NCBI GenBank assembly: GCA_021769135.1
Contig: JAETTM010000001.1
Coordinates: forward strand, 12,366 to 76,365
Length of the DNA: 64,000 nt
Source: Lachnospiraceae bacterium
Lineage (GTDB): Bacteria; Bacillota; Clostridia; Lachnospirales; Lachnospiraceae
Direction of reading: 5' to 3'
A program made the translations under genes and the position numbers. Below the pieces are notes generated by a model, which searched no databases, was not told the origin of the DNA, and worked only from the letters and a program-made list of their open reading frames with translations. The stretch's first letter is position 1. Every line of letters begins with the position of its first letter. Shown here piece by piece: positions 10,778 to 19,919 of this stretch.

Positions 10778-10814
10778 GACGTATTATTTCAAGGAAGAAA
10801 GGAGGGGGAGTACC

Positions 10815-12122
10815 ATGGCATATAATAATGCAATTCTCAGCAATGTCTACAACTATTATATGACTACCTATACGCCGAAGACCTCGACCCGTTATGACAC
10901 ACATAAGAAGAGCGAGCTTCGCAACATATACAATTCCATTGTCAAGCTAAATAAGGAATCTCCTCTGTACAAACTGGATACCAGCAAGGCATCCAAAAGT
11001 TTTGCCGTAGGCATTAAAGAAGATGCCCGCGAACTACGCAACGTAATTGCGTCCCTGGGCGGTTTGGACGAAGAAAAAATACTGAACAGAAAGGCGTCTT
11101 TTTCCAGCAATGAAGATATCGTGTCGGTCAACTATATCGGCAATTCCCCAAAGGATTCCGAATTGCCCACCTATGACATCGAAGTGCATTCCTTGGCTGC
11201 CGGACAGGTAAACATGGGAACATTCCTTCCCGATGCCAAGCCTGCCCTCCCGCCCGACACATATTCCTTCGATGTTATGATTAACGATTTGAACTACGAA
11301 TTCCAGTTTAATATACGCGAGGGCGAAAGCAACAAAGATATCCAGGCCAGGCTGGCCAAACTGGTCAGCACTGCCGAAATCGGCCTCCATGCCGATGTAG
11401 TAGAGGACGGGAAAGGCAACTCTGCCCTTCGTCTCCGTTCCTCAGCCGAAGGAACCAAAAATAACGACCCTTCCCTTTTTATGGTCAGCGATGACCATAC
11501 CAGCAAGCGAAGCGGTTCGGTGGATTATTTCGGCTTGGATTATCTGGCGCGCCCTGCATCCAATGCGGAGTTTACATTAAACGGCGAGAAGCAAACTTCC
11601 ACTTCCAATCGGTTTACCATCGATAAGGTTTTCGATGTGACGTTAAAGGGCATTAGTTCCATGGAGGGCGACACCGCTACCTTTGGGCTGAAAACCGATA
11701 TGGAATCGTTAACCGAAAATATCAGTTCTTTGGCCCAGGGCTATAACCGCTTTATCGTGAGCATGGCTTCCTACCGGGATAATTTCGCCGGCAGCCAGCG
11801 GCTTTTAAAAGAAATGAACGGCATTGCCAACCTTTATCGAAGCGAACTGGATATTGTAGGCCTGCAGTTCCAGGAAAACGGTACTTTGGAGATTAACCAG
11901 AACAATCTGGAGCATGCCGCCTTATCGGAATATGCCAAAGAGGATTTCGCATCCGTCCGGGATTTTGCCAATTCCCTGGTGCGTAAAATGGATCAGATAT
12001 CGTTAAACCCCATGGATTATGTGGATAAAACAATTGTAGCCTACAAAAATCCCGGGAAGAATTATCCCACCCCATATATTACAAGCGCTTTCAGCGGAAT
12101 GCTGTTTAATTATTATTGCTGA
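10815..12122 (+). CDS. Hypothetical protein, weakly FliD-like (flagellar filament cap-like)
   Basis: GGAGGGGGAG SD 4 nt before the ATG at 10815 (MAYNNAILSNVYNYY). The central region (LAAGQ..YSFDVMINDLNYEFQFNI..DIQARLAKLV..IGLHADVVEDGKGNSALRLRS) and C-terminal GLQFQENGTLEINQNNLEHA resemble the FliD domain pattern. There is no canonical FliD N-terminus. The functional call is low confidence; the CDS itself is solid. Confidence 0.6.
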   Translation: MAYNNAILSNVYNYYMTTYTPKTSTRYDTHKKSELRNIYNSIVKLNKESPLYKLDTSKASKSFAVGIKEDARELRNVIASLGGLDEEKILNRKASFSSNEDIVSVNYIGNSPKDSELPTYDIEVHSLAAGQVNMGTFLPDAKPALPPDTYSFDVMINDLNYEFQFNIREGESNKDIQARLAKLVSTAEIGLHADVVEDGKGNSALRLRSSAEGTKNNDPSLFMVSDDHTSKRSGSVDYFGLDYLARPASNAEFTLNGEKQTSTSNRFTIDKVFDVTLKGISSMEGDTATFGLKTDMESLTENISSLAQGYNRFIVSMASYRDNFAGSQRLLKEMNGIANLYRSELDIVGLQFQENGTLEINQNNLEHAALSEYAKEDFASVRDFANSLVRKMDQISLNPMDYVDKTIVAYKNPGKNYPTPYITSAFSGMLFNYYC

Positions 12123-12176
12123 CGCGGTTCCTTTTTCATATGATAGGGAATTACGCCACAGTGCTGTAAGTCACCA

Positions 12177-12204
12177 GGAGTTGGCCGCTGGGCCAACTCC
12201 TTTT
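12177..12204 (+). terminator. Rho-independent terminator
   Basis: GGAGTTGGCC-GCTG-GGCCAACTCC followed by TTTT. Confidence 0.7.
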
Positions 12205-12300
12205 GACATCCGAATCCTTATAGGAAACTGCGCCGCAAGACGCATGAATTGAGAAAGCGAAGCATTCTTTTTCAGTGCGCAAGTCTGCGGAACGAATTTC

Positions 12301-13926
12301 TCAAAGAGGGATATTGCCATGTTTCTTCTTCGGCCCCTCCGCCGATTTATTTTTTAAAGCCTTTAACGCTTTTAATAGCTTCCCCCTCGTCTCTTCCGGC
12401 TTAATTACCTCATTTACAAATCCCCGGGCAGCCGCCACATACGGGTTCAGGAAGCGCTCTTCATACTCCCTCCTGCACTGCTCACGCATCGCCTGCGGGT
12501 TGCTGGCCGCCTTGATTTTCCGTTTAAACGCAATATTGACCGCGCCCTCCGCCCCCATTACAGCAATTTCCGCAATGGGCCATGCAAACACCATATCCGC
12601 CCCCATTTCTTTGGAATTCATAGCGATGTATGCTCCCCCGTAAGCTTTTCGCATGATGACGGATATTTTCGGAACCGTAGCTTCCGAATAAGCATACAGG
12701 ATTTTAGCCCCATGCCGGATAATCCCATTATGCTCCTGCTGTGTTCCCGGCAGAAATGCCGGTACATCCACCAACGTGATTAGCGGAATGTTGAAGCAGT
12801 CGCAAAACCTGATAAAACGGGCTATTTTGTCGGAAGCCTGATAGTCCAGGGAGCCGCCCATATTTTCCGGCTGATTGGCCACAAAACCTACTACTTCCCC
12901 CTCCATTCGGCCCCATCCGATGACCCCATTGGGGGCAAATTCCTTCTGCACCTCGAAAAAGCTCCCTTCATCCACCAGACATTCAATGACCCCTTTCACG
13001 TCATAAGCCCTGCGGGAATTATCGGGCACAATCTCCCGCAGCCGCTGCGCCTTTTCTTTTTCCCCCTGGGGCAGTGCCTTATTCAGGCTCCCTACTTTCC
13101 CGAACATTTTGTTCACGGCATACAAGAAGGACTGTTTTTCCCCGACGGCCTTCACCACCGGGGCTTTTTCCATATAATTCGCCGGAAGATAGGAAAGCAG
13201 CTTTCTAACGCCCATCAGGCACTCCCCTTCGGTTTCATAAGTAAAATGGGAAACGCCGCTTCTTTCCGCATGGACTTTGGCCCCGCCCAATTCCTCTGTA
13301 GTCACTTCTTCGTTAATGACAGTCTTTACTACATTGGGCCCGGTAATAAACATTTTCGAAATATCCTTTACCATAAAAATAAAATCGCAGATTGCCGGCG
13401 CATAACATGCCCCTCCGGAACAGGGTCCCAGGATTACCGCTATCTGGGGGATAACCCCCGATGCCCTGGTGTGCCTCAAAAACATCCCGCTGTATCCGCT
13501 CAAAGAAGAAATTCCTTCCTCAATCCTGGCGCCGCCGCTATCATTGATACAGATTAACGGGGCTTTCATTTCCATCGCCATATCCTGAATCCTGCAAATC
13601 TTAAAGGAATGGTATTCCCCCAGCGTTCCGCCGATTACGGTAAAATCCTCACTAGCCACAAACACCAGCCTTCCGTCGATTTCCCCATACCCTGTGACCA
13701 CGCCGTCTCCTGCCACACGCCGTTTATCCAAATCGAAATCGTCAATCCTGGATTCAATCATGCCGTCCACTTCCACAAAAGTATCTTTATCCAACAACAT
13801 ATCAATTCTTTCTCTCGCTGTCATCTTTCCGCTGGAATGCTGTTTCTCAATTCTGGCCGCACCCCCTCCCATTCTTGCCTTTTCCCGGCGCTTCTCCAAA
13901 TCTAAAATCGCTTCCTCCCATTTCAT
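12301..13926 (-). CDS. Acyl-CoA carboxylase carboxyltransferase subunit (methylmalonyl-CoA decarboxylase alpha / propionyl-CoA carboxylase beta family)
   Basis: 541 aa. KQHSSGKMTARERIDMLLDKDTFVE..VTGYGEIDGR..INDSGGARIEEG..GPCSGGACYAPA..KAYGGAYIAM. Confidence 0.9.
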   Translation of the reverse strand: MKWEEAILDLEKRREKARMGGGAARIEKQHSSGKMTARERIDMLLDKDTFVEVDGMIESRIDDFDLDKRRVAGDGVVTGYGEIDGRLVFVASEDFTVIGGTLGEYHSFKICRIQDMAMEMKAPLICINDSGGARIEEGISSLSGYSGMFLRHTRASGVIPQIAVILGPCSGGACYAPAICDFIFMVKDISKMFITGPNVVKTVINEEVTTEELGGAKVHAERSGVSHFTYETEGECLMGVRKLLSYLPANYMEKAPVVKAVGEKQSFLYAVNKMFGKVGSLNKALPQGEKEKAQRLREIVPDNSRRAYDVKGVIECLVDEGSFFEVQKEFAPNGVIGWGRMEGEVVGFVANQPENMGGSLDYQASDKIARFIRFCDCFNIPLITLVDVPAFLPGTQQEHNGIIRHGAKILYAYSEATVPKISVIMRKAYGGAYIAMNSKEMGADMVFAWPIAEIAVMGAEGAVNIAFKRKIKAASNPQAMREQCRREYEERFLNPYVAAARGFVNEVIKPEETRGKLLKALKALKNKSAEGPKKKHGNIPL

Positions 13927-14097
13927 ACCTTTTCCACCCTTTTCTTTTTACTATTTCACCATCGTACAGTTTCTTTTTGAATTTTAAATATTTTGATTTT
14001 TAATTTATTTGATTATCAAAGTATTTTGGAATTATTATAGCACACTTTTTCAATTTTGCAAGAGGAAGATTTTTTCCGGCGCCCCAATCCTATTATG

Positions 14098-14131
14098 CAA
14101 AAAAACACCCCGGAATACCCGCTTATGGGGG
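14098..14131 (-). terminator. Weak candidate terminator after glf
   Basis: Minus strand CCCC..loop..GGGG followed by TGTTTTTTT. The stem is short. Confidence 0.3.
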
Positions 14132-14182
14132 TTCCGAAGCGTTTTATGCCTCTTTTTCAAATTTATCTTATTATAATTCTAT

Positions 14183-15292
14183 TTATTCTTCCGCTTCCGC
14201 CATTTCAAGTGCCACTGCAATTACTTTATCCATATCGTAATACTTGTATTGCCCAAGCCTGCCGCCGAAAAGCACATTTTTTTCCTTTTCGGCCAGCGCC
14301 TTATATTCCTGGAATAATTTTTCGTTGCGCTCATCATTTACCGGATAATAAGGCTCATCGCCAGGCTGCCAGCTTGCAGGAAATTCCCTTGTAATCACCG
14401 TTCCCGGCTGAGTCCCGAATTCAAAATGCTTGTGTTCGATGATTCTGGTATATGGTATTTCCCCTTCCGTATAATTCACTACCGCGTTGCCTTGATAGTT
14501 GCTGCAGCCAGGAAGCTGTTCCTCTTCAAATTTCAAGGAACGATATTCCAAAGCGCCCAGCCTGTAATCAAAATATTCGTCAATCATCCCCGTATATAGG
14601 ATTTTGCCAAACGTAATCCCCTTTTTCCTGCATGCTTCCAGGAAATCCTTGTAAGCAGTATTCGTACGCACTTCTATCCCATCCAGAAGCTTTTCCACAA
14701 TTGCCGTATATCCCCCTATCGGAATCCCCTGATACAAATCATTAAAGTAATTGTTATCATAGGTAAAACGAAGCGGAATACGCCGGATAATAAATGCCGG
14801 GAGTTCCCTGCAGGAACGCCCCCATTGTTTCTCCGTATACCCTTTAATCAGTTTTTCATACACATCTTTGCCTGCCAAAGACAATGCCTGCTCTTCCAGG
14901 TTTTTGGGCTCTGCAACGCCGAATTCGCTTATCTGCTCTTCTATTTTCTTCTTTGCCTCCAACGGGGTCCTAATCCCCCACATCCTGCTGAAAGTATTCA
15001 TATTAAAAGGCAGATTATACAGTTCATCCTTATATACCGCTACCGGCGAATTCACAAAACGGTTGAACTCGGCATACTGGTTAATATATTCCCATACGCG
15101 TCTGTCCGATGTATGGAAAATATGGGCACCGTACTTATGTACATGGATGCCCAATATTTCCTCCGTATAAATATTCCCCGCAACATGATTCCGCTTATCA
15201 ATAACGATACAGCTTTTCCCCTTCTTTTTCATTTCACACGCAAAAACGGAACCAAATAAACCTGCGCCTACAATCAGATAATCATAATACAT
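14183..15292 (-). CDS. glf: UDP-galactopyranose mutase
   Basis: 369 aa. YDYLIVGAGLFGSVFA FAD motif, HVHKYGAHIFHT, GRLGQYKYYDMD. Confidence 0.93.
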   Translation of the reverse strand: MYYDYLIVGAGLFGSVFACEMKKKGKSCIVIDKRNHVAGNIYTEEILGIHVHKYGAHIFHTSDRRVWEYINQYAEFNRFVNSPVAVYKDELYNLPFNMNTFSRMWGIRTPLEAKKKIEEQISEFGVAEPKNLEEQALSLAGKDVYEKLIKGYTEKQWGRSCRELPAFIIRRIPLRFTYDNNYFNDLYQGIPIGGYTAIVEKLLDGIEVRTNTAYKDFLEACRKKGITFGKILYTGMIDEYFDYRLGALEYRSLKFEEEQLPGCSNYQGNAVVNYTEGEIPYTRIIEHKHFEFGTQPGTVITREFPASWQPGDEPYYPVNDERNEKLFQEYKALAEKEKNVLFGGRLGQYKYYDMDKVIAVALEMAEAEE

Positions 15293-15329
15293 AAATACAG
15301 CTTATCCTTTCAGATCCCGTCTCCTATGT

Positions 15330-15668
15330 TTACTCCTTCAGCTGGTACTTATCCAGCTGTACATAATCGTCCATCATTTCCAGTATTTTCTTACGCCCTG
15401 TCTTATTTAACCGTACATAATACTGCATCACTCTGTTTTCAAGAATCTTCTCGCCAAGGCTTGCGCCTTTTTCCAGCGATGTAAAGTCCACCGGGTTTAA
15501 ATTCAGCTTATCGCACATTTTAATCACCGTGCCATAGGCCATGCCTTCAATTCCTCTATCCAATGCTGTAACCAATGTGCTATAAGGTATCTGCATCTCA
15601 ATAGCAAATTGGCGTACACTTTTGTACTGTGATAAAATTTCCTTTTTCAAAATCTCTGCTTTTGTCAT
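15330..15668 (-). CDS. XRE-like helix-turn-helix protein
   Basis: 112 aa. SQYKSVRQFAIEMQIPYSTLVTALDRG. Lies 37 nt upstream of glf on the same strand. Confidence 0.7.
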   Translation of the reverse strand: MTKAEILKKEILSQYKSVRQFAIEMQIPYSTLVTALDRGIEGMAYGTVIKMCDKLNLNPVDFTSLEKGASLGEKILENRVMQYYVRLNKTGRKKILEMMDDYVQLDKYQLKE

Positions 15669-15841
15669 ACCTATACTTCCTCCTACTGCTTTTTAAGCAT
15701 ATTATTGGCCGCTAAAATATTACATACAAATATCCGATTATTCATCTGTCCATATTATAGCACATATACATTTTCACGCCATCTTTTTTTTGCATTGTAC
15801 AAAAACTTTATGAATATTTTTTTTATAATACCAAAAAACTT

Positions 15842-15912
15842 AAAAAATAGAAAGACCCCTATTGAAATTTTTTGGTAAAATTAAGAATTTTTAATAAAAA
15901 ATTTCAAAGGGG
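15842..15912 (-). terminator. Long AT-rich hairpin with a G/C clamp and T-run (terminator of the 16125-16514 gene)
   Basis: Arms CCCCTATTGAAATTTTTT (15856-15873) and AAAAAATTTCAAAGGGG (15896-15912), 17 bp with one bulge. The minus strand continues TCTTTCTATTTTTT. Confidence 0.4.
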
Positions 15913-16124
15913 CTTAAGATATGACCGGAAGAAACTAATGCGCAAACCCTATGACATGTGTAAGATGCTAACTCACATGTCTATAATATTAAATAATGTT
16001 TTTCCGGTCAATATATTATGCTAAATTGCAATATTTTTCTGCAAATATACATATATGCATATCCGTTTTTCTTCCAGTTCACGCCATGCCTGCCGGATCC
16101 ATGCACTGGCTGTTCCTTCCCTCT

Positions 16125-16514
16125 TTAAATTTTAGCGGCGTCCTTCAAATCCTTCAAAAAGGGAATCACCGTATCTTCCAGCACCTGGGCTATTTTTTCG
16201 TCTTCCTTGTCTTTAATTGCCGTTCCAAGCTCCATCAGCCGGGCATTCAGTTCCTGTTTTTCCATCCGGATTTTCCCTGTATCCATCACATCGGATGTCC
16301 TGTTGTAAATCTCGATTACCCAATTCAGCCCGTCTATGCACTGCTTCTGGAAATCATCCGTATCGGGCTGCCGGTCTCCCTTCAATTCCTTGCACAAAGT
16401 TTCCATGCCTGGAATCAGTTTCTCCAAATACTCCCTTGCTACTTCTACAGCTTCTTTCTTTTCTTCCAGTAATTGTTCCATTTTTATCCTCATTTCTGCG
16501 GGACTTTTTATCAT
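16125..16514 (-). CDS. Hypothetical all-helical acidic protein
   Basis: 129-aa ORF on the same strand as, and downstream of, the GT2 gene. I recognised no motif. Confidence 0.55.
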   Translation of the reverse strand: MIKSPAEMRIKMEQLLEEKKEAVEVAREYLEKLIPGMETLCKELKGDRQPDTDDFQKQCIDGLNWVIEIYNRTSDVMDTGKIRMEKQELNARLMELGTAIKDKEDEKIAQVLEDTVIPFLKDLKDAAKI

Positions 16515-16692
16515 TGCATTTCCAGCTGCGGATGCCCCACGGACGCAGACTTAGCCGCTCTTTGGCACATACCTGTTACTGTCGAGCAAATATGTATATC
16601 CCTTGCCAAGCGGTACTTCCTTTATCCTATATATACTATATCATTTCCCCGGATACCCGTCAAATACAGTCTTTGTTCATCGAAAAAATATT

Positions 16693-17694
16693 TCACACCC
16701 CTGCCCTATGGCAAAACAGATATTCCGCCAGCGGCAGTTCCATCACTTCCTTATACCAATCGAAAATTTCTTTCTGGAAAAAGAAATCCTCCGCATATGA
16801 CAGCACCTTGAATTCCGGCTCCACCGCAGATTGTATGTACCGATAGCAATTGCTGAAGGCTTCAAACGTCTTCATGGATTCCAGATACCAGAGCAGGAAA
16901 TAAAGGAATTCATTGACAAAGCTTTGTTCATAGGTTCCATATAAGCCCTGCTTTTTCAGCTCCTTTGCAATGAGCGTCCACATGGTAAAGCCATTTTGCC
17001 AGTCATTTTCCTTGGTATTGGACAGGGAGCCGCCGCTTATCCTATGCACCGCCCATTCCTCTTTCCGATAAGCAATCCTTTCCGCCCTGGCCATAAGCAT
17101 ATACACGAAAAACCCGTCTTCCGATGAGCGGAAACAAGGGAACTGATATCCGCATTTTTTCACAAACTCCCTGCGGAAAAGCTTATCCCATGCCCATCCT
17201 TTGGCAATTTGGAAAATCCCCGCGCATAAGAGTTCGCTTCCGGCAAATACCTCTTTTCCGTTTAAGAACACATCTTCATACTCCCAGGCATCGGGCTGCT
17301 GTTCTCCCATTCCATCCGTTTCGCATCCAAAACATTGCCTATATCGGCAAACCACAATATCGGCCCGTCTCTTCTCTGCCTCTTCCGTCATTTTTTCCAG
17401 CATGTACGGCTCATAATAGTCATCCGCATCCAAAAAAGACAAATATTCCCCCGCAGCATATGCCATGCCTTTGTTCCTGGCCGCTCCGGCAAATTGATTT
17501 TCCTGCCTTATCAGCTTTATCCGGGAATCTTTTTGCGCGTAACCCTCCAAAATACGGGGGGAGCTGTCCGTGGATCCATCGTCCACGCATATGATTTCTA
17601 TTTCTTTCAGCGTCTGCCCGCATATGCTGTCCAGACACTGAGCCAAGTATTTTTCTTCATTATAAATGGGTAGAATAACCGATACTTTCACCAT
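16693..17694 (-). CDS. Family 2 glycosyltransferase
   Basis: VSVILPIYNEEKYLAQCLDSICGQT..ICVDDGSTDSS..FLDADDY. Confidence 0.9.
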   Translation of the reverse strand: MVKVSVILPIYNEEKYLAQCLDSICGQTLKEIEIICVDDGSTDSSPRILEGYAQKDSRIKLIRQENQFAGAARNKGMAYAAGEYLSFLDADDYYEPYMLEKMTEEAEKRRADIVVCRYRQCFGCETDGMGEQQPDAWEYEDVFLNGKEVFAGSELLCAGIFQIAKGWAWDKLFRREFVKKCGYQFPCFRSSEDGFFVYMLMARAERIAYRKEEWAVHRISGGSLSNTKENDWQNGFTMWTLIAKELKKQGLYGTYEQSFVNEFLYFLLWYLESMKTFEAFSNCYRYIQSAVEPEFKVLSYAEDFFFQKEIFDWYKEVMELPLAEYLFCHRAGV

Positions 17695-17893
17695 AGAAAC
17701 CGCCTCGCCTTTCCTTCCTGCAAACTTGTATGTTTGTGTTAATATTGCTATTAAACCTCTAAACTGCTGCTTTTTTTATTATATCATATGTCACCAATTT
17801 TCGCCGCAGCAACAGGCTAATTTTTCAATCCACAAGCCCTCTTGACATATTCCGCCAAGTCAATCAAAATAATAGTATTGGTTTACTGTTACA

Positions 17894-19837
17894 ATGCCCA
17901 AGAACATGCGCATGGAGGAAGCTATGGAAGAAATCATCTGCTATACCGGTCATTTGCCCGAAGGCGCGAAACAGAATATTTCATTTATGGAACTTCTCTT
18001 CGATGAACGCTGGGCAGAAGGAGCTGTTTTTTGCCCGAAGGGGATTTTTCAGGAAGTCGGCAGTTTGAATGACAAGCTGACCGCCAATCGGCGTTACGAA
18101 TTCCTGCTGCGCGCGGTGCAGAAATATCCGTTTCTTGCTATTGGGATATCCGACAACTGCATGCATGCCGATGGACAAGGCGCAGGAGGGAATTCTGCCC
18201 CCCTGCCGATGGATGGGCATTGCCAACGGCAGAATATGCCTTTTTCCCCGGAATCTGACGGCTTCCGGCCGCTTGACTGCGGCTGCGGGCCACAGCCTGC
18301 TGACCCTTTCGAGCGCTACCGCACCGACTGCTACATCGCGGGCAAATACCAGCAGGAGCTCCTTTCTTCCGGAAATTTTGATTCCGTTATCCAATCTTTG
18401 CTCGCAGAGGCTTCCCGGCTTCCTGATTACAAAGAAGCGGTTCAATGGCTGGAGGATATGATTTCCCATTCCCCCCGATATTTTGAAATAGATGATAACG
18501 CCCGCCCTATTCTTATATACCGCGGCTCCGATACATGTTACAATATTTTAAACCTTTTGGCCGACCAGCTGGCAGGCGCCCTGCGTTCCTGCGGCCAGCG
18601 GGTCATTGTTTTCGATGTGGAAAAAGAAGGCAACCAGGCGCTGACGCAATGGATTCATTGCCGTTTCAAAGCGGTTATCGGCATTCAGACCTATGTTTTT
18701 TCCATTATGATGCATGATAAAAAAACCAATCTACATGATTTGATTATCGGTCCAAAATATAATCTCATTCTCGACCATCCGTCTATGATGAAAGAACATA
18801 TAGAAAATGGCCCGAAGGATTATTATCTGCTTCTTCATGACCGAAATTATGTAGCCTTTGCCAAATATTTTTATCCTAATGTAAAAGACTGCATTTATTT
18901 CCCGCCCGGGGGCGCACTTCCTTTGGAGGATGATGGACAGATGCCGACTGAAATGCAGCACCAAAGCCAGGAACTATTTAAAGAGCCAGTTCAACGTCAA
19001 AAGCCAGTCCAGCATCAAAGGCCCGCCCAGCATCAAGAGCCCGCCCAGCATCAAAAGCCAGTCCAGCACCAAAGGCCCGCTCAAACACTGCCAGCCATGC
19101 AGGGCTCCCATGCCGGAAAGCAATACGATATCACCTTCATCGGCTCCTATTACAACTACCGCGACCGGCTTTCCTTCATAGCCTCTTTGGAACGGTCCAA
19201 GCGATTCCTTGCCGCCCGCTTTCTGCTGTATATGCGCCAGGAGCCCGACCGCCCTGCCGAGCAGGCATTTCAAAAAGCGTTGGACTACTATCATATCGGC
19301 TTGGACGATGACGGTTTTCTATCCTTATTTTTTGAATTGCGTCAGGCCTGCTTCTGCATCATGCATTATTACAGGGAAAAAATTATCCGCACCCTGCTGG
19401 ATGCCGGGATTGAAATCCATGTATACGGCCCCACCTGGCAGAATGCCCCTTTTTTCTGGCATGAAAAGCTTATCCGCCATCCCGCCCTCGGCGCGGAGGA
19501 AAGCCTGCAGATTATGGCCCAGTCCAAAATTTCTTTAAATATCATGTCCTGGCATAAGGACGGGCTGACCGAACGGGTATTGAATGCCATGCTCTGTCGC
19601 TCCGTCGTATTATCCGATTGGAGTTCTGCTTTGGAAGAAAATTTTATTAATGGAAAAGATTTGCTTCTTTTTTCCTTAAATCGGCTTCATCAGCTTCCCG
19701 GCCTTGTGAAAGGAATGCTGGCGGATAATGTCGGATTGGAGGCCATGGCAGAGCGTGGGTTTGAAAAAGCCTTTGCAGACCATCGATGGAAAAACCGGGC
19801 GGAGAAGTTTTTAAAAGATTTGCGGAATCGTTCGTAA
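17894..19837 (+). CDS. CgeB-like / DUF3880-type glycosyltransferase-family protein with an internal hexapeptide repeat
   Basis: 647 aa. The C-terminal third (ITFIGSYYNYR..IHVYGPTW..SKISLNIMSWHKDGLTERVLNAMLCRSVVLSD..HRW) matches the CgeB/Glyco_trans_1_2 pattern. The N-terminal domain is shared with the partial ORF at 63636. Confidence 0.75.
   Translation: MPKNMRMEEAMEEIICYTGHLPEGAKQNISFMELLFDERWAEGAVFCPKGIFQEVGSLNDKLTANRRYEFLLRAVQKYPFLAIGISDNCMHADGQGAGGNSAPLPMDGHCQRQNMPFSPESDGFRPLDCGCGPQPADPFERYRTDCYIAGKYQQELLSSGNFDSVIQSLLAEASRLPDYKEAVQWLEDMISHSPRYFEIDDNARPILIYRGSDTCYNILNLLADQLAGALRSCGQRVIVFDVEKEGNQALTQWIHCRFKAVIGIQTYVFSIMMHDKKTNLHDLIIGPKYNLILDHPSMMKEHIENGPKDYYLLLHDRNYVAFAKYFYPNVKDCIYFPPGGALPLEDDGQMPTEMQHQSQELFKEPVQRQKPVQHQRPAQHQEPAQHQKPVQHQRPAQTLPAMQGSHAGKQYDITFIGSYYNYRDRLSFIASLERSKRFLAARFLLYMRQEPDRPAEQAFQKALDYYHIGLDDDGFLSLFFELRQACFCIMHYYREKIIRTLLDAGIEIHVYGPTWQNAPFFWHEKLIRHPALGAEESLQIMAQSKISLNIMSWHKDGLTERVLNAMLCRSVVLSDWSSALEENFINGKDLLLFSLNRLHQLPGLVKGMLADNVGLEAMAERGFEKAFADHRWKNRAEKFLKDLRNRS
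18986..19090 (+). repeat. In-frame 18-nt tandem repeat (about 5.8 units) encoding PVQRQK-PVQHQR-PAQHQE-PAQHQK-PVQHQR-PAQTL
   Basis: Direct reading of units ccagtccagcatcaaagg / cccgcccagcatcaagag and so on. Confidence 0.9.
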
Positions 19838-19919
19838 TATATAATATTTATTTCTTTGAATATAAAATATCAACCTATTATCAATACGCTACCGGCGTGC
19901 TTACATGGAGGTACTTCAT

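Noticed and set aside
10590-10814. N-terminal extension of the 510-aa ORF track entry.
   Set aside because: There is no SD at 10590. The extension overlaps several stable hairpins. A very strong SD (GGAGGGGGAG) precedes the ATG at 10815.
12301-13926. Carboxyltransferase as part of the glycan locus, or as an anomalous orphan subunit.
   Set aside because: It is probably a housekeeping decarboxylase or carboxylase subunit. Partner subunits may be encoded elsewhere. Nothing in the sequence links it to the neighbouring genes.
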